A stretch of 63,382 nucleotides of DNA, the filler included, from Octopus bimaculoides (lineage: Eukaryota): NCBI RefSeq assembly GCF_001194135.2. It is 7 parts of 7 records of this genome, joined end to end, with 100 filler letters (N's around TTAATTAATTAA, not from the genome) between each part and the next. Parts side by side here need not be neighbours in the genome. Positions count along the whole stretch, not along the records: positions 1 to 19,482 come from NC_068995.1; positions 19,583 to 30,355 come from NW_026434551.1; 5 more parts are not named here. The stretch is one strand, 5' to 3'. Position numbers and translations under genes: made by a program. This document shows, piece by piece, positions 13,830 through 26,397 of this stretch (the first letter of the stretch is position 1; each line of letters starts with the position of its first letter). The notes under the pieces are model-generated. The model worked only from the letters and a program-made list of their open reading frames with translations, had not been told where the DNA came from and did not search any database.

Positions 13830-14720
13830 TTCCAAATTAATTTCCACATCGTCTCTCCTGCGGTACACGGTACTGATGATAGCTAAGGATGTAGAAATGC
13901 AGCGTCACCGCTTCTGTTATAAGGCGCCTTGAAATGACTTGTCCAGAGCAAATTAGAAATGAACGGCAAAGTAGACCTGAGCGAAGTGTTAACTTAGTGC
14001 ACCAACAATCTAAACAAATTCTGCAATGTCTTAATGACCTCAGCAATACTCCATTCTTCATAATTGAATGGGATTGCTTTAACATTTATTTGTGATAGTA
14101 TAACTTCCGCTGTGGAATTGCACGAATTTAAAGAAATATATTTCCGGTTTGAAAGGATATTAAAAACTGCAAGGCAAAAAACATGTGAAAGAAATTGCTT
14201 CTAAGATTCTTATTTTCATACACTGTAAAAACAAATTGAGAATATTTGGGTAGTAATAAAATCAGGACCATAGATTGATCTAATGAAAAACCGTTTCTTC
14301 GTGAGCAATTTCAGTATATTTGTATTATCAACCGCTGCAGAAAGTCTTGCTTTCTTCCTAATATTTTGCGTTACGGTGGACTGTGAAATAGTATGTTTTT
14401 TTCTTGTTTTTAAACTGAAACAAAATCTGCCTTCAATGAATCTACCAAATATTTTCATAAATGTGTATATAAGCATTATATTTCTATTTTTTATTCAAAG
14501 TATTCTTCATCTGCAAAACACACCAGACACTTATCTTGCAACCGCTACATGTGTAATATCTATTACTGAATCACAGAAATTATTCTCCGGTAATATAATA
14601 TCTCGCCCATCCAAGTTATTTAATCCATACTTTCTACAAGAGCAACTCTCCAACGTTTAGGAACGTGCAAATATTCGCTCCGACCTCTCAACGTAATCTC
14701 ACAGAGCTTATAGTATATCT
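13830..14720 (-). mobile_element. Heavily degraded hAT (Ac/ZBED-like) transposase remnant
   Basis: Ordered degenerate motifs across frames: LDGRDIILPENNFCDSVI, HT...AAVDNTNILK, EEWSIAEVIKTLQ...STLPFISNLL. Many stops and frameshifts. Confidence 0.5.
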
Positions 14721-14976
14721 CGGCTGCCTATCTCGTTTCAAAGCCATAGAAATTATAATTGTCAATCAAAAAACGAGTAATTCTAGTGTAATAAATCTGA
14801 AGTTCTGTTACTCTAATACCTCTGCTAAGTACGCCTAGTTGCAATAACAACAGATGCTGCTGGTGAAATAAATGTTGGAAATTGATACGTTTTTCAAGTA
14901 TCCCTTGAATGAAAATTACAATTTGACCGGATTATGCTATGAAATACATATTTAATACTTGTGCACGCCTATATAT

Positions 14977-15032
<56 letters not shown>

Positions 15033-15353
15033 CTATGTGTGTGTGTGTGTGTGTCTGTGTCTGTGTGGGTGTATTTATGTGTGACTGTGTCTGTGAGTCT
15101 GTGTGCATGCAAGTGTGGGTGTTGATGCATATATTTATACACATTTGTACATAAGGCTGGGAATTCCGTCGGTTACGAAGACAACAGTTCCAATCGATCA
15201 TATTCAACGAAACAGCCTGCTCAGGAAATAAACGGGCAAGTGGCTCAGCTCTCCACAGTTACGCAAGATGCTTAGATTCATTGTGATACAACGAATGTTA
15301 AAAGGTTGGCCCCTTGAACTACATGTACTACACATTTTTGCTATCTGATTTGA

Positions 15354-15419
<66 letters not shown>

Positions 15420-15528
15420 GTGTGTGTGTGTGTATTTAACTGTTTTACATTTGTTTTTTTAACGTCGAAAAATGCAAGCTATAAAAACTAAGAGTACAGT
15501 ATAATGGCGAGTAATATTACATAGCATT

Positions 15529-15675
15529 AAGAGGGGGAGCTGGCAGAATGGTTAGCACGCCGGGGCAGACGTTTAGCGGAATTTCATCCGTCTTCAAATT
15601 CCGCCAAGGTCGACTTTACCTTTCTTCCTTTCGGGGTCGATAAAACAAGTACCAGTTGAGCACTGGGGTAGATGA
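15529..15675 (+). mobile_element. SINE family A, partial
   Basis: GAGCTGGCAGAATGGTTAGCACGCCGG..TTCAAATTCCGCCAAGGTCGACTTTACC. Confidence 0.85.
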
Positions 15676-15748
15676 AAAAGAAGTAAAATAATGAAAGNNN
15701 NNNNNNNNNNNNNNNTATATATATATATATACATATATATACACGCAT

Positions 15749-15796
<48 letters not shown>

Positions 15797-17485
15797 CTGT
15801 GTTTATGTTTTCAGATGTGAAAATTTACAAAAAATGCTGTGTCGTGCATATTGTGTCACTTTATTCACTGTAACTTAGCGGCTTAATCAAATAAAGATCG
15901 ACGATTTAAAAAAAATACCACACTGACATAAATATGTACTGGCGTAGATTCGATCTGCTAAACGCTTAATGACGGTCTTCCAGAACGGCAGCGATCAAGT
16001 ATCTGGAACCAGTAAAAGAATAAACGAATATTTGTTTTCTTTAAGAAATGATCAAAACCTGTCTAAGAATTATTAATCTCGTCTCTTTCATTATCGTCAT
16101 AACTTTTGTTTTCTGTGATTATTAAGTTGTCTGCTCAATATGGAACCATCACATCTGATTTCATGAAAATTTAATTTTAGATATCATCACAAAAGTCTGC
16201 TTCAACTAGTTGGCTGGATTTGGAATCTGTCTTAGAAAAAGGAAATAAATAAAATATTTAACAGTTCGTGCAGTAAAGTGCATCTTTTTGTATTGTACTC
16301 GATTCATCAAGATAATCACTCTCTGAGATGAATACGAGAGAAAACTTAGTGACACTTGATGACAAAATCTTCTTAGTTACAGCTTTTTTTCTTAGCGACT
16401 TAGAGTCTTGGCAACTTAACATTTGGCCAATGAATTAGAGAGTTCTATGCTTGGAAGAGGAATAACGAAATGGATTTCTGAATATGTTATATAAATGTGA
16501 TATATAGTTATTTAGAATAATGTTAAATGAATATTACGTTTGGATGATATCAAATAAAAACCCAAAATTCCATTATAACCAATATTGCTGAGACCAGAAA
16601 TTGTCATTGTCGTCTTCAATGACATCATCACCTTCCAGCGTAGTCATCTTCGACGTCAACGTCGGCGTCATCTTCGTCGTTGCTCTAATCGTCAACATCC
16701 TCACCATCAACATCGTCATCGTTGTCCCCTTCCCCCCTTCTCATTCTTCTCCACATCATCGTCATCATCATCATCATCAACAACAACAACAACAAACAAC
16801 AGCAACAATAGCAACACCATCATCATCATCATCATGTCGAAGCCGAAGGGGCCGACTAAACAACAAAACCCTTCATCCGCCATTGCAAGCAACCAGCCAA
16901 CCAGCCAACCAGCCAACCAGCCAACAAACAAAATGAAACCGTAATATTTTTCGCTAGGCAAATTCTCTTGTTTATCACTTAATTGATTAATTAATAGTCT
17001 AATTACAATTAATTTTACTCATATCAAATGTATATTAATAAATTAGTCTGTAATATAACCGTGTGTCTCCTCGCCTAATCCTATAGACGACTTTCAAATA
17101 GTGATCTAATCCAATAATCCATGATAATATATACAACGGTTCTGAGCCAACAGGGGTTACCTTTACACAGTTTCTAGACTTACTGGGACAGCAGCTACGT
17201 ATTTCGTAGATCATATTGCATCCCCTAAACAAAGAAATTAAGCACTTAATAATTGCTTCGAGGTACACCAGAAGAGAGGGTCACGATTGGATTACCTTTG
17301 ATCATAGGGTAGCTCACTCGGATCTTCTCATGTTTCCCTTAGATAATATCCTCTACTGCCTTAAGCAATCGAGGAGGCATTTGTATAATATGCCGTTGTA
17401 CAATATGAATTTGTAGAAATGGTCACGGTTGGAACAACGCTGCTTTTGACCGTAAATTTCTTCAGTTAGATCTATCTCATAGGTA

Positions 17486-18120
17486 AATGTCTTTAACTAT
17501 AGCCTCGGGCCGACCGAAGTCTTGTAAGTGGATTTGGTAGACGGACGGAAACTGAAAGAAACCCGCCGTATATATATATATATATATATAAATGTGTGTG
17601 TCTGTGTGTGTGTGCCGGTACTGCCTGTTAATACTCTTAATTATTCACTGATAATTTTTACCTTTAGGCGCAGGAGTGGCAAAAAGTAACCGATAGAATA
17701 AGTACTAGGCTTACAAAGAATAAGTCTTGGGATCGATTTGCTCGATCAAAAGATGATGCTCCAGCATGGCCGCAGTCAAATAACTGAAACAAGTAAAAAA
17801 GAATAAAGACAGAATTATGGGGTTTTTTACGCATGCTAAGCCACTGATATTATCATAAACAATAATATCCACACCCATACCCACACACACACATATATAT
17901 ATTTATATATCTGCGTCTGTGTTTGTCCCCCGCCATCGTTTGAGAACCGGTGTCGGTGTGTTTACTTTCCCGTAATTTAGCGGTGACGTAAACATATAGA
18001 ATACGTATCCAGCTTACAAAATTATATTCTGATGTCGATTTGTTCATTTAAATTCATTTAAACCGGTGCCCCAGCATGGCCACATTCAAATGACTGAACA
18101 AATAAAAGACAAAAAAAAAT
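17486..18120 (+). mobile_element. SINE family B fragments
   Basis: CTATAGCCTCGGGCCGACC, GATAGAATAAGTACTAGGCTTACAAAG and two 3' tails. Confidence 0.8.
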
Positions 18121-18679
18121 ATCCTACTCTCTTAGAAATCAATGGGTCATTGTGTAATGTGCTTTTGGATGTTGGATCTACTAAAAGATATAGCCACGGC
18201 TGGAACGCGTTTCATCATAGACCTGCGCAATATCATACCAGTCCTTGGGCTAAGAGAGAGAAAACGATTATGTTTATCCATGTTTTGTATCGAGATCTAA
18301 GCTTGATTAAAATATCTTTGCATTGGTTACAATTTAGCCGAGGTCACATGATATGTTTACTAGCGACACATTGGCCTCCAGCTGTTAATCTCAACGACAC
18401 TGTGAGAGACGGTCCAATGTAATCCTTATTTTCTTTATTTTCGTTATTTATTTAGTTTCATAAAGCAACACTCAGTCATCGAGCAACTGGAGAATGTTCC
18501 TTTATAAACATATAAGAAGACTTATGAATGACGTGGCAACAGACACTGCAAATAAACGTCTGTGTGCATGCGCATGAGTGTATATGTATGTCAGTGTGTT
18601 TGCCAGCGAGTGTCTGTATGTGGAAGTCAGTTTGTGCATGAGTAGGCATGTGTGTGTGTGTGTGTATACTCTCTTTTAC

Positions 18680-18870
18680 TCTTTTACTTATTTCAGTCAT
18701 TTGACTGTGGCCATGCTGGAGCACCGCCTTTAGACGAGCAAATCGACTCCAGGACTTATTCATTGGATGCCTAGTACTCATTCTACCGTTCTATTTCGCC
18801 GAACTGCTAAGATACTGGGACGTAAACACACCAGCATCGTTTGTCAAGCGACGTTCGGGAGACAAACACA
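18680..18870 (-). mobile_element. SINE family B 3' half
   Basis: TTTCAGTCATTTGACTGTGGCCATGCTGGAGCACCGCC... Confidence 0.85.
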
Positions 18871-18884
18871 AACACACAAACATG

Positions 18885-18931
<47 letters not shown>

Positions 18932-18942
18932 ACACGTATGTT

Positions 18943-18973
<31 letters not shown>

Positions 18974-19444
18974 ACCATTTACTAACATATATATACAGAT
19001 AGAAAGATAGAAACAGAGGCGCGGCGGTTTGTTAAGGAGCCTCCTCCCAAACCTCTTGGTTCTGGGTTTATTCACTCTACGTGGAACAAGTGTTTGCTAC
19101 TATAGCCCCGGGCCCACTATGATCTTGGGAGCGGATTTCTCATATATATATGTGAGAATGTGTATTTGTGTATTTGTATCCAAATACTTTTTGAAAGCCG
19201 GTGTTAGACTGCTTGGAGGCTCTTAACGATAAGAACGATAAGAAGAGTCCAAAGCCTAAAACAAAATATAGGTGGAGGAGTAAATTTGTGGCACTAATTC
19301 TGTCGAGGAGGAGTCCAAAATGGCCGCCATCCAATAACTGAAACAAGTAATATATATGACAAATATCTACATATGCATACATACATACATACAAATGTGT
19401 GGTATGTCTCTATGCGTGTATATGCATTCCAATATGTATGTATG

Positions 19445-19482
<38 letters not shown>

Positions 19483-19582
19483 NNNNNNNNNNNNNNNNNN
19501 NNNNNNNNNNNNNNNNNNNNNNNNNNTTAATTAATTAANNNNNNNNNNNNNNNNNNNNNNNNNNNNNNNNNNNNNNNNNNNN
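19483..19582. other. Artificial 100-nt scaffold linker (44 N + TTAATTAATTAA + 44 N)
   Basis: Identical spacers at 30356-30455, 43060-43159, 47370-47469, 58880-58979 and 61652-61751. Confidence 0.97.
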
Positions 19583-20517
19583 AAATAAATAAATAATAAA
19601 TAAATAAATAAATAATTTTCTAATTCTGTTATAATTTCGCTGAAAACTCACACACTTTTTTAATACGATGCTTTTGTCTAGTGTTTATTAAACGTCAATC
19701 AAAAAGGAAAACCGCCAACTCTAGCAAAATATCTTTCACCATCAAATTTGTTCACAGTAGCAATGTAAAAAAAAAATAAGAAACGTATATTTGATTAGAA
19801 ATTTGAATTAAATATCACTTCCGCTGTTTATATAAAGTATTATAATTTTTAGTTCAGTTCTGTTACAAAAATATTAATGTTTGCATTAAAATTATATAAT
19901 TAATCGAAAAATATAATTTATATTCGTGGAACATAAACAGAATATTTGAGCAAGATTTTTCAAGACAGATGTTTAATACTTCAGTATAAAACATTATAGA
20001 CCATGAAATGTTTTACCGGACTGTTAAAGTTGAAATTTGGAATGGTGTTACCAAGTACATTAATGGCCACACTTCAACGAATCTGCTTGAGTTTCTTATT
20101 GGTTTCCTTACGAGTTCCGGAATAGTTTAAACTGGAATCTAAGAGAGCCAAAACTATAAATTCTTCAGAAAATTCTTCAGAAAATTCTTCACTGGTGCTG
20201 TACAACTTCAAATCGTTTAAATTAGTCAGAAAACATTCTTTTTTTTTACTTCCTTGTGCTTGTTTCAGTTATTGAACTGCGTCCATGCTGGGGTACCGCC
20301 GCAATTGGTTTTAGTCGTACAAATTAACTCAATACTTATTTGATGTCCGATACTTATTCTATCGTTGTCTTTTGCCGAACTATTTAACTTACAGGGACAT
20401 AATCAAACCAACATCGTTTGTCAAGCAGTGATTGGGGAAAAACCGAGATTATAATACTCCCAACTAATTTACATTATTTGCATTTGACAGATATTTGTCT
20501 TCATCTTGTTTGTTGTT

Positions 20518-20563
20518 AACACAATGTTTTGGCTGATATACCCTCCAGCCTTCATCAGGTGTC
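20518..20563 (-). ncRNA. Degenerate hammerhead copy (left arm)
   Basis: Minus strand GACAC-CUGAUGA-A-GGCUG..CAGCC-AAAA-CAUU-GUGUU. G12>A and ACGU>ACAU, both consistent with CpG decay, so probably inactive. Confidence 0.65.
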
Positions 20564-20614
20564 TTGGGGAAATTTCGAACCTGGGTTCTCATTCCTAAGG
20601 TATTTTCCATGTTG

Positions 20615-20660
<46 letters not shown>

Positions 20661-20661
20661 G

Positions 20662-20741
20662 CCCATGGGCATATGGCGTAGTGGTTAAGAGCGCGGGCTA
20701 CTAACCCCAAGATTCCGAGTTCGATTCCAAGCAGTGAGCTG
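20662..20741 (+). promoter_or_regulatory. tRNA-derived head with Pol III A and B boxes
   Basis: TGGCGTAGTGGTT ... GAGTTCGATTCC. No complete acceptor stem, so not a tRNA gene. Confidence 0.75.
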
Positions 20742-20837
20742 AATAATAATAATAATAATAATAATAATGATAATAATAATAATAATAACATCGAAAAATA
20801 CCTTAGGAATGATAAGCCAGGTTCGAAATTTCTCCAA

Positions 20838-20883
20838 GATACCTGATGAAGGCTGGAGGGTGTATCAGCCGAAACGTTGTGTT
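20838..20883 (+). ncRNA. Minimal type I hammerhead ribozyme motif (right arm)
   Basis: GAUAC-CUGAUGA-A-GGCUG(10 nt)CAGCC-GAA-A-CG-U-U|GUGUU. Stem I 5 bp with two G-U pairs, stem II 5 bp, palindromic ACGU at stem III. Predicted cleavage after 20878. Confidence 0.75.
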
Positions 20884-22784
20884 AACAACAAACAAGATGT
20901 GGACAAATATCCGTCAAATGTAAATAACGTAAATAATTCCTCATCTCTTAAATATAGAACTGTACTCCCAACTAAATTAAACACTTCTCCCGAATTGGAC
21001 GCCAGTGCGTTGTAGGGTTAACTTCTCAGCCATTGCTGGAACACATTTTAAAGCTGAGATGACTGGAATAACGTGAAATGAAGTACTTTGCACCTCCCGG
21101 TCCGGAATCCAAGAAAAGACCTGACGATTGTCAGCGTAACACCCTAACCACTAGGAAATACGCTTTCTTATTATCCACTAAAATAAATAAATACGTTACG
21201 AGATGTGGTGTTTGATTTGAAGTATTTGACAGAATTGTTCGTGTTTAGTCTGTCTTGCCATTTTTGTCGGAAGATAACGAACAGTTAAGACTTCGTTGAC
21301 TGGAATGTTAACTGTTATCTACCGACATTCTCTCTCATCTATTTTATTTATTTATTTAAAGAAAGAAACAAAGAAATAAAGAAACTATTATCTGTCATCT
21401 GCTGCTAGGAAACGAAGACATAAGTGTGAAACCGTCTCCTCTGTATACGATGACTGATTTAAAAATTTAAACAAATATAGATTTTTTAAAGTTGTAAACA
21501 TGTCTTACAATGGTGAAAGGCATTTCTCTGTGCAGACAGTTTTATAAAATAAAAGAACTTTTTTCTTTTTCATTTTTCTTTCTTTTACTAATTTTTCGTA
21601 ATCGGTTGTGGTTATGCTGAAGTACCGCCTTTATGAGTGCAGTAACTCATTGTTATGGTTTACAATGAATGAAATCATTTGAAATCGACATGGGTGGGAT
21701 TTTAGGCTAACGAATGATATCTATATTAAGCGTATCGAAAATAAATTTGTATACTTGTGAGAAAATATTGCTCATGTTAGCTTTTACATCAGGGAGGCTT
21801 TATTCCTCGTAATTTTACAAATATTTAGAACTGAAAAGACTATAACAATTTCCTGCTATTAATATTAATGTAAAGAATTCGTGCTTGATAAACTAGGAGC
21901 TAAGAAAGCGTATCAATATGTGTATAAACGTCAAGTATGGTACACAGATGACTATTTTCATTAAATAGTTTCAAATGCTGAAGCCGAGTTTTATTCAACC
22001 CGGAAAGCTTTTCGTGATATCAGTGAATGTGTTATTCCCAGTTTTCTACTTGTAAGAAAGAACGAATTTCGCCCGAGCAAGTGACGACTGAGTATACGTC
22101 ATTGACGAGATGGCGAAAACACGTCTAATATTTTGACGAGTCTTTGCAGCGGAGATGGTCACCTCGCAACCCGATACATATTGTGTTTTTAACACAAGTC
22201 TGTGTGTGCGCGCGAGCGCGCGAACATATGTGTATAAGTGTGTGTATAAATACTAAAAATATGCATAAGTCTGTATATGTATGTGTGTGTGTGTGTGTGT
22301 GTGTGCGTGTATGTATGTATGTGTATATATATATGTATGTATGTATATATGTATATGTATGTATGTATGTATGTATGTATAATTTGTAAATATTCTGTTT
22401 TATAGAATCTAGTTAGTGAGTGCTGGCATGGCTATGTGATTATACAGCATGGTGGAAGGGAAGGTGGCGAAACGGTAATATCGTCTGGGCGTCGTATAGA
22501 ATGTCTTGCCATATTGTTTTACTGGCTGTGTGTGTTCAGTGTTCAATCTCACTCCTGTCTGTTTTGACTTTCATGTTTTTGAGGTCGATGAACAGAGTAC
22601 CAGGCCAGGGAAGTTTATTAGCAGAATTGTTAATGCGGCGAACGAAATGCATTGTAGTTTTCCTTCTAGCTCTTTGCGTTTTGAGTTCAAATCCCAACTA
22701 GGAATTAAAATCTCTTTGATGGCTAGTGTCAATCAACCGACCACGGGACCACAATTGGTTATAAAATTTATAATAGGTGGAAGT

Positions 22785-22821
<37 letters not shown>

Positions 22822-24662
22822 TAAAAAATTAAAGAAAAAAGGCAAGAAGAAAACAACAACGCGATGACGTGGTACATGCAAAATATTAATGAGACGCTCA
22901 GAGAAGGAAAGGAAGAGTGGTTGTTTTACGTTTCGAGCAAAGCTCTTCTTCGGAAACAGGAGACATAAGAGAGTACAAAAGAAAAGGAAGAAAGAGGAAA
23001 AAAATCGCCAACAGTCCAAGTGTAGTTATATCTTATATATATATATGAATTTATAGAAAATATTTGCCAAGAAATTAAGCGTAGCCATCAGCTGGTCACG
23101 ACACGATATTAACACGGAGAATATGCGCATAGATATTCACACTTTTACACACACACGTGTGTAAAAGAAAAGCAAATAAAAAAATGCAAGTTTGTTGCTT
23201 TTTATGCAGAACAGATTAAACCAAAAGAAAAAAACCCCTCAATTCTGTTTTAGGGAGAAGGTAAAAGAAGCAAAAACAAAATTGAATTAATTATTCCTAG
23301 CTGAGAAAATTAATTCAAGAATTGAAAATAAACAACAAATAAATGGAGTTTAAACACTGCAGACTGTGTGCGAATTATGAAAATGCTTCGTTGGCAAGTT
23401 TGAAATAATAAGTGGATGACCTCACAAAGGGAAATGCTAACGTTGCTGTTTGGAGAACCCCAAGACAATGGTTTGTTGAGAAGCACTAGGATTGATAATA
23501 ACACTATGTATATATATACATACATACATACATANNNNNNNNNNNNNNNNNNNNNNNNNNNNNNNNNNNNNNNNNNNNNNNNNNNNNNNNNNNNNNNNNN
23601 NNNNNNNNNNNNNNNNNNNNNNNNNNNNNNNNNNNNNNNNNNNNNNNNNNNNNNNNNNNNNNNNNNNNNNNNNNNNNNNNNNNNNNNNNNNNNNNNNNNN
23701 NNNNNNNNNNNNNNNNNNNNNNNNNNNNNNNNNNNNNNNNNNNNNNNNNNNNNNNNNNNNNNNNNNNNNNNNNNNNNNNNNNNNNNNNNNNNNNNNNNNN
23801 NNNNNNNNNNNNNNNNNNNNNNNNNNNNNNNNNNNNNNNNNNNNNNNNNNNNNNNNNNNNNNNNNNNNNNNNNNNNNNNNNNNNNNNNNNNNNNNNNNNN
23901 NNNNNNNNNNNNNNNNNNNNNNNNNNNNNNNNNNNNNNNNNNNNNNNNNNNNNNNNNNNNNNNNNNNNNNNNNNNNNNNNNNNNNNNNNNNNNNNNNNNN
24001 NNNNNNNNNNNNNNNNNNNNNNNNNNNNNNNNNNNNNNNNNNNNNNNNNNNNNNNNNNNNNNNNNNNNNNNNNNNNNNNNNNNNNNNNNNNNNNNNNNNN
24101 NNNNNNNNNNNNNNNNNNNNNNNNNNNNNNNNNNNNNNNNNNNNNNNNNNNNNNNNNNNNNNNNNNNNNNNNNNNNNNNNNNNNNNNNNNNNNNNNNNNN
24201 NNNNNNNNNNNNNNNNNNNNNNNNNNNNNNNNNNNNNNNNNNNNNNNNNNNNNNNNNNNNNNNNNNNNNNNNNNNNNNNNNNNNNNNNNNNNNNNNNNNN
24301 NNNNNNNNNNNNNNNNNNNNNNNNNNNNNNNNNNNNNNNNNNGAAGTGAAAATATAGCACCATATGTTAATCCAATTTTTCAGATTCGTTCTTTAATTAT
24401 CTGCTAAAATTAACATCAAAACAGGTGCTCTGTCATATTTCACCGTTTATAGTCACAGTAAATGTTTTTGTTCATTCAGACATTGGTATCAACGAATACT
24501 GGGTCTTTGGAATCGCCTGATAACATTCCTAGCAATAACGTCTGTTTATTCCCGCCCACTTCGTTAGATTGCTTTCTTCTTCTTTTTTTTTTTTTTTTAC
24601 TTTAAATGGAATTTAACCCACGAAGGTAAAGAACGAGAGTTCCTATCAATATAAGGAAGACC

Positions 24663-24888
24663 AGGTCAGTGAGCTGCGGAACCGTTAGCACGCCGGACAA
24701 AATGCTCAGCAGCATTTCGTCCGACTTTAAGTTCTGAGTGCAAATTCTACGTAGGTCGACTTTACCTTTCATCATTTCGGGGTCGATGAAAGAAGTACCC
24801 GATATACACTGGGGTTCAGTGTAATTGACAATGTGGGTCAATGTAATCCCCACTCCCGAAATTGTTGGTTTTATGCCAAAATTTGAAG
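24663..24888 (+). mobile_element. SINE family A
   Basis: Same head, central domain and tail motifs. Confidence 0.8.
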
Positions 24889-24924
24889 CTAATTTAAGGA
24901 AAACATCCCGACTAATATTTTAAT

Positions 24925-25082
24925 CTTTTACTTGTTTCAGTCAGTTTACTGTGGCCACGCTGGAGCACCGCCTTTTAGTCGAAGAAATCGACTCCTGGAC
25001 TTATTCTTTGTAAGCCTGGTGCTTAATCTATCATAAATACACCAGCATCGGTTGTCAAGCGTTTCTGGTGGGAGACAAACAC

Positions 25083-25123
<41 letters not shown>

Positions 25124-25335
25124 TATTAAGTTAGAAAACAGAGAGATCTAATGGATGCAAATTAATCTATTAATTACTTAACATATTCACCTACAATTGT
25201 TTTCTTTCACAAACAAAATTAAAAGCACCGCCTTTAGCCGAGCAAATCGCCCCCAGGACTTATTCTTTGTAAGCCTAGTACTTATTCTGTCGGTCTCTAT
25301 TGCCGAACCGCTAAGTTACGGGGACCTAAACACAC
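24925..25335 (-). mobile_element. Two SINE family B 3' fragments
   Basis: GCTGGAGCACCGCC..AATCGAC..GGACTTATTCTTTGTAAGCC twice. Confidence 0.8.
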
Positions 25336-25643
25336 CAGCATTTCGCCCGGCTGTGCTAACGTTCCCGCCAGCTCGCCGCCTTCAGGTGTTTCAAATATTG
25401 ACACAAAACCAGCAGCTTTCAGCGGAAGTTTTAGTCGGCGACGTTGCCACCAGTATTGACTGGTACTAAGTTTGTCGACCCCGAACGAATGATAGGAAAA
25501 GTTGATCTCGGCGGTATATGAACTCAGAACATAAGGAGCCGAAAGAAAAACCGCCAAAAAAAAACCTCATTCTTTCCGACGTTCTACCCAATCTCCCAGC
25601 TCACCATCTTCGGATTGGTGATAACTAAGAAGTTGCATATTTA

Positions 25644-26397
25644 AAGGCGGCGAGCTGGCAGAGTGGTTAGCGACGCCGGGCGAAATGGTTAGCAGTGTTT
25701 CGTTTGCTGTTACGTTCTGAGTTCAAATTCCGCCGAGGTCGACTTTGCCTTTCATCCTTTCGGGGTTGATAAATTAAGTACCAGTTGCGTACTGGGGTCG
25801 ATCTAATCGACTGGCCCTACCTCCTCAAAAATTTCGAGCCCTGTGCCCAGAGTGGAAAAGAATGATTAATAATTTGCATATTTAAAGGCGGCAGAATCGG
25901 TAGCACGTCGGGCAAAATGCTTAGCGACATTTCATACATCTTTACGTTCTGAGTTCAAATTTTGCTGAGGTCGCCTTTCATCCTCTAGGGGGTCGAAAAA
26001 CTAAGTAACAGTTATGCACTGGCGTCAAGGTAATCGACTTACCCTCTCCCCAGAAATTGCTGGCCTCGTGCCAAAATTTGAATCCAACGATTTGTATATT
26101 TCTTTGTATTTATGGTACTACCCACGCATTAAGAAGCAGAAGTATGAAATATTTCATAATTTGATATTTTCTTACAAGGCGGCGGCGAGCTGGCAGAATC
26201 ATTAGCATGCCGGACAAAATGCTTAGCGGTATTTCGCCTATCTTTACGTTCTAAGTTCCAATTCCGCCGAGGTCGACTTTGCTTTTCATCCTTTCGGGTC
26301 GGTAAAATAAGTGCCAGTTACGCACTGGGGTCGATCTAATCGACTGTCCCCCTCCCCCCAAAAAATTTCAGACCTTGTGGCTATTGTAGAAAAGAAT
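25644..26397 (+). mobile_element. Three SINE family A copies in tandem orientation (25644-25863, 25885-26083, 26176-26397)
   Basis: Each begins AAGGCGGC. The first is flanked by TTGCATATTTA. Confidence 0.9.

Larger units (their letters stand above)
20468..20962 (+). mobile_element. Fold-back non-autonomous retroelement: inverted Penelope-like terminal repeat + (TTA)n + tRNA-derived head + (AAT)n + Penelope-like terminal repeat
   Basis: Arms ~20468-20612 and ~20788-20933 are ~90% identical inverted repeats. The 13-bp direct repeat TACTCCCAACTAA lies at 20455-20467 and 20963-20975 (TSD). Central A box TGGCGTAGTGG and B box GTTCGATTCC. Both arms contain a hammerhead core. Confidence 0.85.

Noticed and set aside
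16585-16961. His/Gln/Ser-rich ORFs (also 36557-36997 and 50194-50538)
   Set aside because: CAT/CAA/CGT trinucleotide low-complexity sequence, open in several frames, with no splice or homology support.
19527-19538. TTAATTAATTAA as a homeodomain site or piggyBac footprint
   Set aside because: It is always centred in 44+44 N, so it is an assembly linker.
20158-20191. 12-bp tandem repeat as a heat-shock element
   Set aside because: It has GAAnnTTC pairs but no three contiguous alternating nGAAn units. A simple local duplication explains it.
20662-20741. Functional tRNA gene
   Set aside because: A and B boxes are present but no acceptor stem or full cloverleaf. All other tRNA-like heads here are likewise SINE heads.
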